Below are positions 18,634 to 29,312 of a stretch of 64,000 nucleotides of DNA, piece after piece. The notes under the pieces were generated by a model. That model searched no databases. It saw nothing but the letters and a program-made list of their open reading frames with translations, and was not told the origin of the DNA. The position numbers were made by a program, and so were the translations under genes. The first letter of the stretch is position 1. The number at the start of each line of letters is the position of its first letter. Source of the DNA: Planctomycetota bacterium (GTDB lineage Bacteria; Planctomycetota; UBA8108; SXIK01); NCBI GenBank assembly GCA_965223265.1, contig OZ244999.1, positions 8,832,001 to 8,896,000 of the forward strand. Reading direction: 5' to 3'.

Positions 18634-20400
18634 ATGTCTCCGTCTGCTTTTACTCTGCTGCTCCTGTCTGCCTCCTTGGCGGGCCCCGGGACGACGATCA
18701 CGATCACGACACCGACACCGCCGCCGGCTTGGGCTCTTGCCGAGCGCGCGCTTTTGGAGGCGGGCGTTGAGGCCGCAGAGGAGTACGCCGCGAAGTATCT
18801 TGACGAACGCGGCTACTTGCGCTGCGTCGAGCGCTGGGGCGGCAACGACGGGCCCGACGACGCCATGGAGAACTTTCACAATTGGCCACTTTTTCACGCC
18901 TTGGGAGCCGACGACCGCATCCTCGACCTCTACAAGTTGGCGTGGGAAGGACACCTCAAGCAGTATACGGAGGCACGGGCACCGGGAATCCCGATGGCGC
19001 AGGACGGCATGTTCTACCGCGAATTCATCACCTCCTTCGACTGGGAACACACCGGTGAAGGGCTGCAGGCCTTCTTCTTCTATGGTCTGTCGGCGCCAGA
19101 CGACCTTCGCTACCTGAGCCGCGTGCGCCGTTTTGCCGGCTTCTACATGAACGAGGACGCAGAAGCCCGCAACTACGACCCGAAACACAAGATCATCCGC
19201 AGCCTCCACAACGGCAGCCGCGGTCCGAAGCTCACGCCGGCAACACAGGAGGACTGGGGAGGACTTCCTGTGCCTGGTAAGCCGGAGCGCTTGAGCCGGT
19301 ATGACACTGCAGCGAATATTCGGGGCGACCATCCGCTCAATCTCTGTGCTTGTACGCTGGCGATGACCGCCTATCTGCTGACACAGGAGACCAAGTATCG
19401 CGATTGGATCTTGGAGTACTCGAACGCGTGGCGCGATCGGATCCTCGAGAACGGCGGCAACATACCGACCAACATAGGACTCGACGGCACGATCGGCGGG
19501 GAATGGGATGGCAAGTGGTACGGTGGAACGTTCGGCTGGAACTTCTATCCACAGAGTAGCGGTCGCAACTATTACATCCGGGGGCCGCGCATTGCCTTTG
19601 GGGAGTGTATCTTGCTCACCGGCGACCTGAGCTACATGGAGCCTCTGCGCCAGCAAATCGACAACCTCTACGAAGCGAGCAAGGTCATCGACGGTGTTCG
19701 GATGTTTCCGAACAAACACGGAGATGACGGTTGGTACGGGTACACCTCCTCCGCCCGGCCTGACGTACAGCGCAACACGTATCTCTTCTCTATGAACCCA
19801 CACGACAAACGGCGTCTGCTGGACGATCCGTGGCTTTCGTTTCTGGCCGGGCGCAATCCGGAGTACCCGCTGCGGGCTCTCCAAGATGCCTTCGCCGCTG
19901 TGCGCCAACGCATTGCGGATCTGCGGGCTGACCCTACGACCGAGGAGACGCGAGGCTCTGATTGGACGCACGACTACAATCCGCTGACCACGGCCGCTCT
20001 CGTCAATCTGATGCTCGGCGGCGTTGACCCCGGCAAAGCGGGAAATGTGCTCCACACGCAGGTGCGATACTTCGATCCGCAGCGACGGCGGGCCGGTCTG
20101 CCGCAAGACGTTGCGGCGCTCATCGACCGGATAGAACCGGAGGCCGTGTCGCTCACGCTCGTTAACGTCAGCCCGCAGCACGCGCGGACGGTGATCGTGC
20201 AGATGGGCGCATACGCCGAGCATCACTGCCGCGCCGTCGAGGTCGGCCAGCGCAGTGAAACCGTGGACGCGACCAGTTTCACAGTGTCGCTTCTCCCGGG
20301 CACGAGCGCCAAGATGCGGGTGACCCTGGAGCGCTATGCGCATCAGCCGACGCTCAGCTTTCCCTGGGACCGAGCTTGGATGCTCGACGAAAAGCCGTGA
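18634..20400 (+). CDS. Conserved hypothetical secreted protein (possible alpha/alpha-barrel enzyme)
   Basis: Long ORF with strong coding bias and a signal peptide; WGGNDGPDDAMENF, DWEHTGEG and RRRAGLPQDVAAL motifs; ATG 18634 follows GAAAGG. The fold is a guess. Confidence 0.8.
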   Translation: MSPSAFTLLLLSASLAGPGTTITITTPTPPPAWALAERALLEAGVEAAEEYAAKYLDERGYLRCVERWGGNDGPDDAMENFHNWPLFHALGADDRILDLYKLAWEGHLKQYTEARAPGIPMAQDGMFYREFITSFDWEHTGEGLQAFFFYGLSAPDDLRYLSRVRRFAGFYMNEDAEARNYDPKHKIIRSLHNGSRGPKLTPATQEDWGGLPVPGKPERLSRYDTAANIRGDHPLNLCACTLAMTAYLLTQETKYRDWILEYSNAWRDRILENGGNIPTNIGLDGTIGGEWDGKWYGGTFGWNFYPQSSGRNYYIRGPRIAFGECILLTGDLSYMEPLRQQIDNLYEASKVIDGVRMFPNKHGDDGWYGYTSSARPDVQRNTYLFSMNPHDKRRLLDDPWLSFLAGRNPEYPLRALQDAFAAVRQRIADLRADPTTEETRGSDWTHDYNPLTTAALVNLMLGGVDPGKAGNVLHTQVRYFDPQRRRAGLPQDVAALIDRIEPEAVSLTLVNVSPQHARTVIVQMGAYAEHHCRAVEVGQRSETVDATSFTVSLLPGTSAKMRVTLERYAHQPTLSFPWDRAWMLDEKP

Positions 20401-20688
20401 ATCTCGACGTGTCGAGTGCAGTCCTGCGGTGGCCGGCGGCTCGACGCAACCTTGGCTGGGAGCCCGACCAAGAAACCCTCGTCAAGACCGAGGCCGACAG
20501 GCCGAACCAGATGCGCCTCTGGAGGCCTCTCCACACTTCGAGAGCTTGGCCGTCCCGATCTCGCTGAGAAGAGGAACGCTCTGACCGCCGGTAACAGACG
20601 GCACATCGATCGGGCCGCCAAGAAAAGCTCAACTCGCGCGAGGCGCGGGCTCTGTCCGACCCCCGTGAAGGGACTGCGGAGCTCGAGC
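20391..20688 (+). repeat. Non-coding direct repeat, copy 2 (best-conserved part 20574-20688)
   Basis: Aligns by eye with 17993-18245. Confidence 0.85.
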
Positions 20689-20833
20689 GCCCTCTGAATC
20701 GTCTAGCTGGTCGACGGCAGCTTGCAGCGGATCCGGGCGCAGCGACCCCGACCACACGTCTCCGAGCGGTTTTTTTTCATCCCTCTTGCGAATAAAACGA
20801 GCACATGCGTCGTCCAAGCTTCGGCGACTAGCC

Positions 20834-20889
20834 TAGCAGCCCGCCCGAAAGAGTCATTCGGCTGAGAAACCGGCCTCTTCACGCCCAGA
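20834..20889 (+). mobile_element. Solo IS/MITE left end
   Basis: TAGCAGCCCGCCCGAAAGAGTCATTCGGCTGAGAAACCGGCCTCTTCACGCCCAGA closely matches 22173-22229. Confidence 0.7.
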
Positions 20890-20909
20890 TCAGCCGCGGC
20901 GAGCCTCGC

Positions 20910-22091
20910 CTACCGCCTGTAGAACCTGTCGATGACGGCGACGATCCGCTCGACATCGTCGGCGCTCATGTACTGATGAACCGGCAGCGAAATGACTTCG
21001 CTTGCGGCCTGCTCCGCCTCGGGAAACGAGCCCGGTCCGTAGCCCAGCTCCTGAAATATCGGCTGCATGGGCAGCGGAATCGGATAGTAGACGCCCGAGG
21101 AGATGCCCTCCTCCTGCAGCGCTTGGCGCAGTTCGTCGCGACGTGTGGCGCGCAGCGTGTACTGATGGTACGTCGCGACTTCGCCCGCCTCGGGTTGCGG
21201 CGGCAGCGCCAGCAGGTCGGCGCGGTCGAGCAAACCGCTGGCGCGGAAGAGACGGTCAAAAAGCGCTGCGTTTTCACGTCGACGAGCGTTCCAGCGATCG
21301 AGGTGGCGTAGGCGAACGCCCAGCACCGCGGCCTGCAGCGCATCCATGCGACCGTTGCCGGCGAGGAGCACGTGCCGATACAGGCCATCCATGCCGTGGT
21401 TCCGCAGCATCTGGACGCGTTCGGCGAGCCGCTGCTGTGACGTGACGACGAGTCCAGCTTCGCCACAAGCCGGAAGGTTCTTCGTTGGATAGAACGAGAA
21501 GCAGCCGAAGAGCCCCAGCGTGCCCGCCGCGACGGCGTCTCCTGAGGCGGCGAGGCAGCGCGTCCCGAGTGCCTGCGCGGCGTCTTCGATGACCGCGATC
21601 GGTTCGTCTGGCTCTGCCGCTAGCTCGAGATAACGGCGCATCGGGGCCGGATGGCCGTAGAGATGGACCGCGATGATCGCTCGCGTGCGTGGCGTGATCG
21701 CGGCCGCAAGCGCATCAGGTGCCATTTGATATGTCACCGGATCGATATCCACGAAAACCGGACGTACGCCGAGGCGCGCTACGCAGGTCGCGCTGGCGAT
21801 AAACGTGAACGCCGTCGTGATCACTTCGTCTCCAGGGCGAACGTCGAGCGCCTGAAGAGCGGTCAGGAGCGCCTCGGTACCGGAAGAGACGCCAAACGCG
21901 TGAGCCGAACCGAGATAGTCGCACGCCGCGGCTTCGAACTCCTCGACGCGAGGGCCGAGTGCGTACCGCCCCGACGCCAGAACCTCAAGCACCGCAGTCT
22001 CTGTCTCCTCGCGCAATTCCTCGAAGACAGCTTGTGGATCGACGATTGCGATGTTACGTGACTCTTGCCGGATCGGGCTCAAGTGCTTCAC
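20910..22091 (-). CDS. DegT/DnrJ/EryC1/StrS PLP-dependent aminotransferase
   Basis: SSGTEAL, FTFIASA, VHLYG, IEDAAQA, FSFYPTKNL, N.RMDALQAA. Confidence 0.95.
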   Translation of the reverse strand: MKHLSPIRQESRNIAIVDPQAVFEELREETETAVLEVLASGRYALGPRVEEFEAAACDYLGSAHAFGVSSGTEALLTALQALDVRPGDEVITTAFTFIASATCVARLGVRPVFVDIDPVTYQMAPDALAAAITPRTRAIIAVHLYGHPAPMRRYLELAAEPDEPIAVIEDAAQALGTRCLAASGDAVAAGTLGLFGCFSFYPTKNLPACGEAGLVVTSQQRLAERVQMLRNHGMDGLYRHVLLAGNGRMDALQAAVLGVRLRHLDRWNARRRENAALFDRLFRASGLLDRADLLALPPQPEAGEVATYHQYTLRATRRDELRQALQEEGISSGVYYPIPLPMQPIFQELGYGPGSFPEAEQAASEVISLPVHQYMSADDVERIVAVIDRFYRR

Positions 22092-22172
22092 CTCTTGCTG
22101 GATGCAGGGACGGCAGACGGAACGGACAGATTATATTCGTTCGCTCCGCTCCGGAAACCAAAACTTGCCCCT

Positions 22173-22357
22173 TAACAGCCCGCTTGAAAAAGTCATTCGG
22201 CCGAGGAAACTGGTCTCTTCACGCCCAGACGGGCCTCGTCAATACTCGCCATCAGAATCGAAAGAAGAGGGCCCGAAGATTGCCTGCGTTTGCCGCGGCC
22301 GATGGACGCGAAGAGACCAGTTTTCGGCTCGAAGTACTTTTTCAGGCGGGCTGCTAA
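22173..22357. mobile_element. MITE A with long imperfect terminal inverted repeats
   Basis: Left end TAACAGCCCGCTTGAAAAAGTC..GAAACTGGTCTCTTC; right end GAAGAGACCAGTTTTC..GTACTTTTTCAGGCGGGCTGCTA; TAA at both ends; no credible ORF. Confidence 0.75.
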
Positions 22358-22614
22358 CTCGAGTTCGGCCATTTCGCGTCGAGCCTGCCAGCGCCAGGAG
22401 CGTCGAGGCCAAGGAACGACTCGGGCGCGATCCCGCTCGGGTCGTGGCGGAGGAGTGACGCAGGCATCGGCGCTCCTGGCGTTCCCCGAAGGGCCGGACA
22501 GGAGTTTTTGAATGGGCACAAGGGTTCTCAGGGTACGAAAAAGTCGAAAGGGCCTCGGAACCCCCGTGAAACTCGTCCGGCCAGGCCGGCGCGAAATGGC
22601 CAAACTCGAGGCTA
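22358..22614. mobile_element. MITE B with ~20-bp terminal inverted repeats
   Basis: CTCGAGTTCGGCCATTTCGC (22358-22377) versus GCGAAATGGCCAAACTCGAG (22591-22610), one mismatch. A related partial copy lies at 39415-39486. Confidence 0.7.
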
Positions 22615-22758
22615 ACCCGGAGGCAGCGCAGCGTCCGCGACCTCATGCTTCGAGTCGCGACCCGAACGTAGCCACGCGGTGCAGCGGGCTCCCCCGGTGC
22701 ATCGACTTGCGCGTGGTGACGAGCGAGCAATCGGCGCCGCCCTGCAGTGCGATCTGCT

Positions 22759-23712
22759 TCACTGCTTCTGCGTGCGGAACCACTTCACGAAGCGCGCGAT
22801 TCCCTTTTCTAACGGAAACGAGGGTTGGTACGTCAGCTCTGCTTGTGCGCGTTGAATATCGGCGCATGTCAGGGGCACGTCGCCCGCTTGCGGCGCTCGC
22901 CACGCGATCCGGGCGTCCTTGCCGAGTGCGGACTCGATATGCTTGACCAGCTCGACGATGCTCGTCGTGCGATGGTTCCCAAGGTTGTAGATTCGATAGC
23001 CCGACGGTCGCTGCAGTGTCGAGACGATTCCGTCGATGATGTCGTCGACGTAGGTGAAGTCGCGTTGCGAGCTGCCGTCGCCGTAGACCTCAATCTCCTC
23101 CTCCGCGTCGATGAGCCGAACGAACTTGTGGATTGCCATCTCTGGACGCTGTCTCGGCCCATACACCGTAAAAAATCGCAGGCAGGTGACGGCACTTTGC
23201 GTCAGATGATGGTGAGCATAGCAAAGCAGCTCACCAGCCTTCTTCGTCGCTGCGTAGGGTGACACCGGCGCATCGACATTGTCGTCCTCGTGAAACGGTC
23301 CGTTCGTACGAGATCCATAGACCGAAGACGAAGACGCAAAAACGAACTTCCGCACGTTGTGTCGGTGCGCCGCTGCCAAGAGCCGCGCGGTGCCGTTGAC
23401 ATTCACATCGACGTAGAGTTCTGGGTCCACGACCGAAGGACGTACCCCCGCGCGTGCAGCCAGGTGGATGATCGCTTCAAAATCGTGCTGAGCTGTTATA
23501 GACTCGACAAGCTCTCGGTCGCGAATGTCGCCTTCGATGAGCTGGAATCTCTCCGCAGCGTTGGCTGTTCGGAGGTTTTCGCGCTTGATGGCTGGATCGT
23601 AGTACGCGTCGAGGTTATCAAGCCCGACGACTGTGAACCCAGACTGCAGAAGACGTTCCGTTAGATGGGACCCGATGAACCCCGCCGCGCCGGTTATCAA
23701 CACGTGTGGCAT
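22759..23712 (-). CDS. NAD-dependent epimerase (UDP-glucuronate 4-epimerase-like)
   Basis: ITGAAGFIG, HLAARAGVRPS, ASSSSVYG, YAATK, LRFFTVYGPRQRPEMA. Confidence 0.93.
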   Translation of the reverse strand: MPHVLITGAAGFIGSHLTERLLQSGFTVVGLDNLDAYYDPAIKRENLRTANAAERFQLIEGDIRDRELVESITAQHDFEAIIHLAARAGVRPSVVDPELYVDVNVNGTARLLAAAHRHNVRKFVFASSSSVYGSRTNGPFHEDDNVDAPVSPYAATKKAGELLCYAHHHLTQSAVTCLRFFTVYGPRQRPEMAIHKFVRLIDAEEEIEVYGDGSSQRDFTYVDDIIDGIVSTLQRPSGYRIYNLGNHRTTSIVELVKHIESALGKDARIAWRAPQAGDVPLTCADIQRAQAELTYQPSFPLEKGIARFVKWFRTQKQ

Positions 23713-23812
23713 GGCAGGATTATAACGACCTTGGCGTGGCTGACAATGCGGCCTTTGAAGCGTATCGCCTCGGCGCCCGTCTTGCCCTTTCCCGGCAGAT
23801 CATCGCTCACTC

Positions 23813-24586
23813 ATGCGTTCTGACCCAGACAGTTACGACTCAAACAGCTGTAACTCAGACCGCGGAGCTGGCGCCAGCGGCGCTCTCGTTCTGTGGAGCG
23901 GTGGGCTGGACTCGACGACGCTGCTGGCCATAGCCAGTGACGAGGGCTTCGAGCCGACCGCGCTCATTTTCAGTTATGGTCAACGGCATGCTGTAGAGGT
24001 CGAATGCGCTTGCCGTGAGGCGGAGCGCCTCAGCGTACCGTACCGCCTGGCCGAGATCGATCTTCGGGCCGTCGGTGGCTCGGCGCTGACGAGCGAAGAG
24101 ATCGACGTACCTGTAGATCGATCTCTGGAGCGCTTCCCGTCGGCAGGCATTCCCTTAACCTACGTTCCAGCGCGCAACACGATTTTCCTCTCGTACGCGC
24201 TGGCGTGGTCTGAGGTGCTCGGAGTCGCCGATATTTTTATCGGCGTCAATGCCGTCGACTATTCTGGGTATCCAGATTGCCGCCCCGAGTACATCGATGC
24301 GTTCGTGCGCATGGCGAATCTCGCCTGCCGATCGACGACGCAAGACGGGGTGACGCTGAAGATCCACACGCCACTGATCGATAAGAGCAAAGCCGAGATT
24401 ATCCAGTGGGGGACACGTCTCGGCGTTGACTATTCTCGGACGTGGAGTTGTTACGCCCCCGAGTGGCGGGTTTGCGCATCGGAGAAAGACGCAGTGGCGC
24501 TGGCATGCGGCCGATGTGACAGTTGTCTCCTGCGGCGGCAAGGATTCGTGGAGGCTGGCATGGCCGACCCGACGCGATATCGGTAG
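23813..24586 (+). CDS. queC: 7-cyano-7-deazaguanine synthase
   Basis: [40 protein letters not shown]...CGRCDSC. Confidence 0.96.
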   Translation: MRSDPDSYDSNSCNSDRGAGASGALVLWSGGLDSTTLLAIASDEGFEPTALIFSYGQRHAVEVECACREAERLSVPYRLAEIDLRAVGGSALTSEEIDVPVDRSLERFPSAGIPLTYVPARNTIFLSYALAWSEVLGVADIFIGVNAVDYSGYPDCRPEYIDAFVRMANLACRSTTQDGVTLKIHTPLIDKSKAEIIQWGTRLGVDYSRTWSCYAPEWRVCASEKDAVALACGRCDSCLLRRQGFVEAGMADPTRYR

Positions 24587-24692
24587 CACCTTCCCAAAGA
24601 AGCGCTTCGAGCTGGGAGCGGGCCGAACAAGCTTGCGCCCATGGCGGGGACGTCTGATCGCGGGCGAGTGAAGCGAAAGCACGGAGTTCTCG

Positions 24693-25775
24693 GTGAATCT
24701 CATTCTTGTGAACGAACGCTTGCCTTACGCGAGCACGACGTTCTATACGCTCGATCTAGCGCTTGAGTTGCAGGCGCGCGACCACCAGGTCAGGCTTTGC
24801 ACGCGCGGCGGCGATCTGCGCCAGGTTTTCCAGAATCGTGGCGTGAAGACCTACAGCGTGAAGCTCAACTACTTTTCGTTCAGGCGACTCCTGGGGTTCC
24901 TCCGTGAGTTTCGGGCCAAACTCATTCACGTTCAGAACGTCCGTAGCGTCGAACTGGGCCAGAGGATTTCGGAGAAACTCTCCGTGCCTCACGTCCTCAC
25001 CGTTCACAAGGTACCTGGTGAGCAGAATCTCGGACTGGCGCATCCTAAGCTTGCCGGTGTGATCGCGCTCAACGAGATGATCCGTGCCGATCTCGTCAAC
25101 GCTCATGGGATTCCGAAGAATCTCATACGAGTCATCAAGCATGGTGTCGACGTGGAAGCGTTTCGACCACGTACCGAGAGCGTGCTGACGCCGCGAGATT
25201 CGGACAAGCTGCCGGTGATTGGGTCGGTTGGACGTCTGGCGGCGGTCAAGGGCCACGACACGTTCCTACGGGCGGCGCGGCGCGTTCTCGATTCAGGCGT
25301 CGAGGCGTTGTTCATGATCGTCGGCGAGGGCACGGAAGAGAGCGCCCTGCGTCGACTCGTCCGCGAGCTCGACTTGCAGGAAAGTGTGACGCTCCTGCCT
25401 CACATGCCCAGTCGGCGGGAACTCTATCGAATCTTCGACATCGTCTCGGTGTCGACGTTGAGAGGCGGCGTCGGCGCGACGGCTTTGGAGGCCATGGCGA
25501 TGGCCAAGCCAGTGGTCGCCAGTGCTGTCGGCGACATGCTCGAGCTGATCCACAACGGCAAGACCGGTCTTCTCGTCGAGCCGCAGAACCCTGAAGCACT
25601 GGCGAGCGCTCTGATCTCGCTCTTGCGCGACCCGGAAGCCGCTGCACAATTGGGACGAGACGCGCGTCAATTCGCCTGCGAGCACTTCTCCCTGCTCGAG
25701 CTGGTCGACACGACCCTCGAGTTTTACGACGACGTCGAAGCGCAGCTCCACGAGCGCTGGCTGGAGCGTTCCTGA
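24693..25775 (+). CDS. Glycosyltransferase family 4
   Basis: HGVD, VGRL..VKGH, LEAMAMAKPVVAS, GKTGLLV. Confidence 0.9.
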   Translation: MNLILVNERLPYASTTFYTLDLALELQARDHQVRLCTRGGDLRQVFQNRGVKTYSVKLNYFSFRRLLGFLREFRAKLIHVQNVRSVELGQRISEKLSVPHVLTVHKVPGEQNLGLAHPKLAGVIALNEMIRADLVNAHGIPKNLIRVIKHGVDVEAFRPRTESVLTPRDSDKLPVIGSVGRLAAVKGHDTFLRAARRVLDSGVEALFMIVGEGTEESALRRLVRELDLQESVTLLPHMPSRRELYRIFDIVSVSTLRGGVGATALEAMAMAKPVVASAVGDMLELIHNGKTGLLVEPQNPEALASALISLLRDPEAAAQLGRDARQFACEHFSLLELVDTTLEFYDDVEAQLHERWLERS

Positions 25776-25791
25776 GTCGACGGAGCCTGGC

Positions 25792-25820
25792 TTGACAACC
25801 ACGGGGCGAGTTGATACGGT
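25792..25820 (+). promoter_or_regulatory. Putative sigma70 promoter for kdsB
   Basis: TTGACA (25792-25797), 17-bp spacer, then TACGGT (25815-25820) preceded by TG. Confidence 0.5.
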
Positions 25821-26101
25821 CTCGCCTGGTTATGGGAACCGCGTTTCCATTGTAAGTCGTTTCTGGAAAACGGCTTGGTGCGGAGGGGCGGCGTCCGAGC
25901 CGCCTTGCTCCCGTGACCGCTGGCCCGCGGTCGCCGGAGGAGTGGAGATGCCGAGAACGTGCCGATGAATGCGCGCCAATCTAACAGTTCGCCTCGGCTG
26001 ACGACGACACTGGCCCGACCAGCGTTCACAGAACTGGGCGTAGCTCGTGTTCGCCGCGGCGCACGCGCTGGCACCGCGCGCTGTCTCCGACGGGGCGGGA
26101 A

Positions 26102-26893
26102 ATGAAAGTTGTCGCCGTGATTCCGGCGCGGCTTGAAGCGAAGAGATTCCCTCGCAAAGTTCTCGCCAGGGAGACAGGAAAGTACCTCTTTCAACACGTC
26201 TACGAGCGTGTCGTTGGGTGCCCTGGAATCGACCGGGTGATCGTCGCCACCGACAGCCGCGAAGTCGCCGAAGCTGGAAGTACTTTCGGCGCGGAGGTGC
26301 AGCTAACTCGCAGCGATCATGTTTCCGGCACGGATCGAGTCGCTGAAGTCGCGCGTTCCCTCGACCACGACATAGTACTCAACGTGCAGGCGGATGAACC
26401 GCTTGTCGAGCATGAGGATCTGCAGACTCTGATCGCTCTCTTCGCCCCTGCTGAGGAGCCGCTGTCCGGCACTGTCCGACCGCTGCCTGTGATGAGCACG
26501 CTTGCGGCGGCACGTCGGGATGCGCGAGGCTTTCGGGACGCGAACGTCGTCAAGGTCGTCATTGGGCGCGGAGGCGATGCGGTCTATTTCAGCCGCGCGC
26601 CAGTGCCGTACGCTCACGCCGATGAATCTGCCTCGACTGTCGCTGAGTGGTTCCAGCACATTGGTCTCTATGCGTACGAGCGTGATTTTCTGCTGCGGCT
26701 CGCCGAGATGGCACCCACCGCGCTCGAGCAGCGTGAGCGACTGGAGCAGATGCGTGTGCTGGAGAACGGCTACCGCATCCGCGTCGGCTTGACGCTACAC
26801 CGCCATGTAGGAGTCGATACCGAAGAGGAATACAAGGAGTTTGTTGAACAATACCGAGCGGCGCAGGTATACCCCGACGCTTGCAAGAAATGA
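26102..26893 (+). CDS. kdsB: 3-deoxy-manno-octulosonate cytidylyltransferase
   Basis: VIPARL..KRFP.K, DHVSGTDR, NVQADEP, NVVKV, YFSRAP, HIGLYAY, ERLEQMR. Confidence 0.95.
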   Translation: MKVVAVIPARLEAKRFPRKVLARETGKYLFQHVYERVVGCPGIDRVIVATDSREVAEAGSTFGAEVQLTRSDHVSGTDRVAEVARSLDHDIVLNVQADEPLVEHEDLQTLIALFAPAEEPLSGTVRPLPVMSTLAAARRDARGFRDANVVKVVIGRGGDAVYFSRAPVPYAHADESASTVAEWFQHIGLYAYERDFLLRLAEMAPTALEQRERLEQMRVLENGYRIRVGLTLHRHVGVDTEEEYKEFVEQYRAAQVYPDACKK

Positions 26894-27136
26894 CGGCAGG
26901 CAACAAGCGCCCTCGACGACCGGGTAGGACGCCACGCGCGACGTTGGGGTTGGATTCTGGAGCGCTGATGGGCACTCTCGATCTTTCGATCAATGACTTT
27001 TTTCAATGGGCGGTGGCGCGATGTAAGATGACGGGGGTCCACGGGCGCTGAGTCTGCTCGACTTGCCGGCGATATTTGCGGTCGCCGATCTAACGGTCAC
27101 CTTTGAGCGTGAACGGCGAGTCGACGCACGCAATGA

Positions 27137-28774
<1,638 letters not shown>

Positions 28775-28848
28775 CAGAAGATCCGGTTCGCTCGTGCATC
28801 TGCGACACAGCGTCGGGTCACATGATCGAGGCATCGAGGACAGCAGTC

Positions 28849-29304
28849 ATGGCGAACGATCCCAAAGGCACAGAGAACGCGGCAGCAGAGTCTGAAGCGC
28901 CACAAGGCGACGACAGCTGGAAGACGAGGATCCAGCAAGAGAAAGACACGCTCGATCAAGAAGCGTCGCAGCGTATGCCCGAAGCCTCGTTTCTGTCGCT
29001 CATCGAGGAGTTTTCTTTGCGTGCAATGGTCGCACTGGGGCAGATTCCGAACCCGATGAGCGGTAGCGCGGAGTTCGACCCTGAAGCGGCGAAGTATACG
29101 ATCGACATGTTGGGCGTGCTCGAGGAGAAGACGAAGGGCAATCTGTCGCCGGAGGAGTCTACGTCGCTCGAACAGGTCGTCGGCCAGCTGCGCGTGGCGT
29201 TCGTCCATCTGTCGAAGAACCCTCCGGCGGCCGGCGGAGGCAGCGCTGAGGGCGGTACAGCAGAACCGGATTCCGGTTCTCCCGGCCCTCGAATCATCGT
29301 CTGA
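28849..29304 (+). CDS. DUF1844 domain protein
   Basis: PEASF..L, ALGQIPNP, AKYTIDMLGVLEEKTKGNL..EE. Confidence 0.85.
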   Translation: MANDPKGTENAAAESEAPQGDDSWKTRIQQEKDTLDQEASQRMPEASFLSLIEEFSLRAMVALGQIPNPMSGSAEFDPEAAKYTIDMLGVLEEKTKGNLSPEESTSLEQVVGQLRVAFVHLSKNPPAAGGGSAEGGTAEPDSGSPGPRIIV

Positions 29305-29312
29305 TCACAGAG

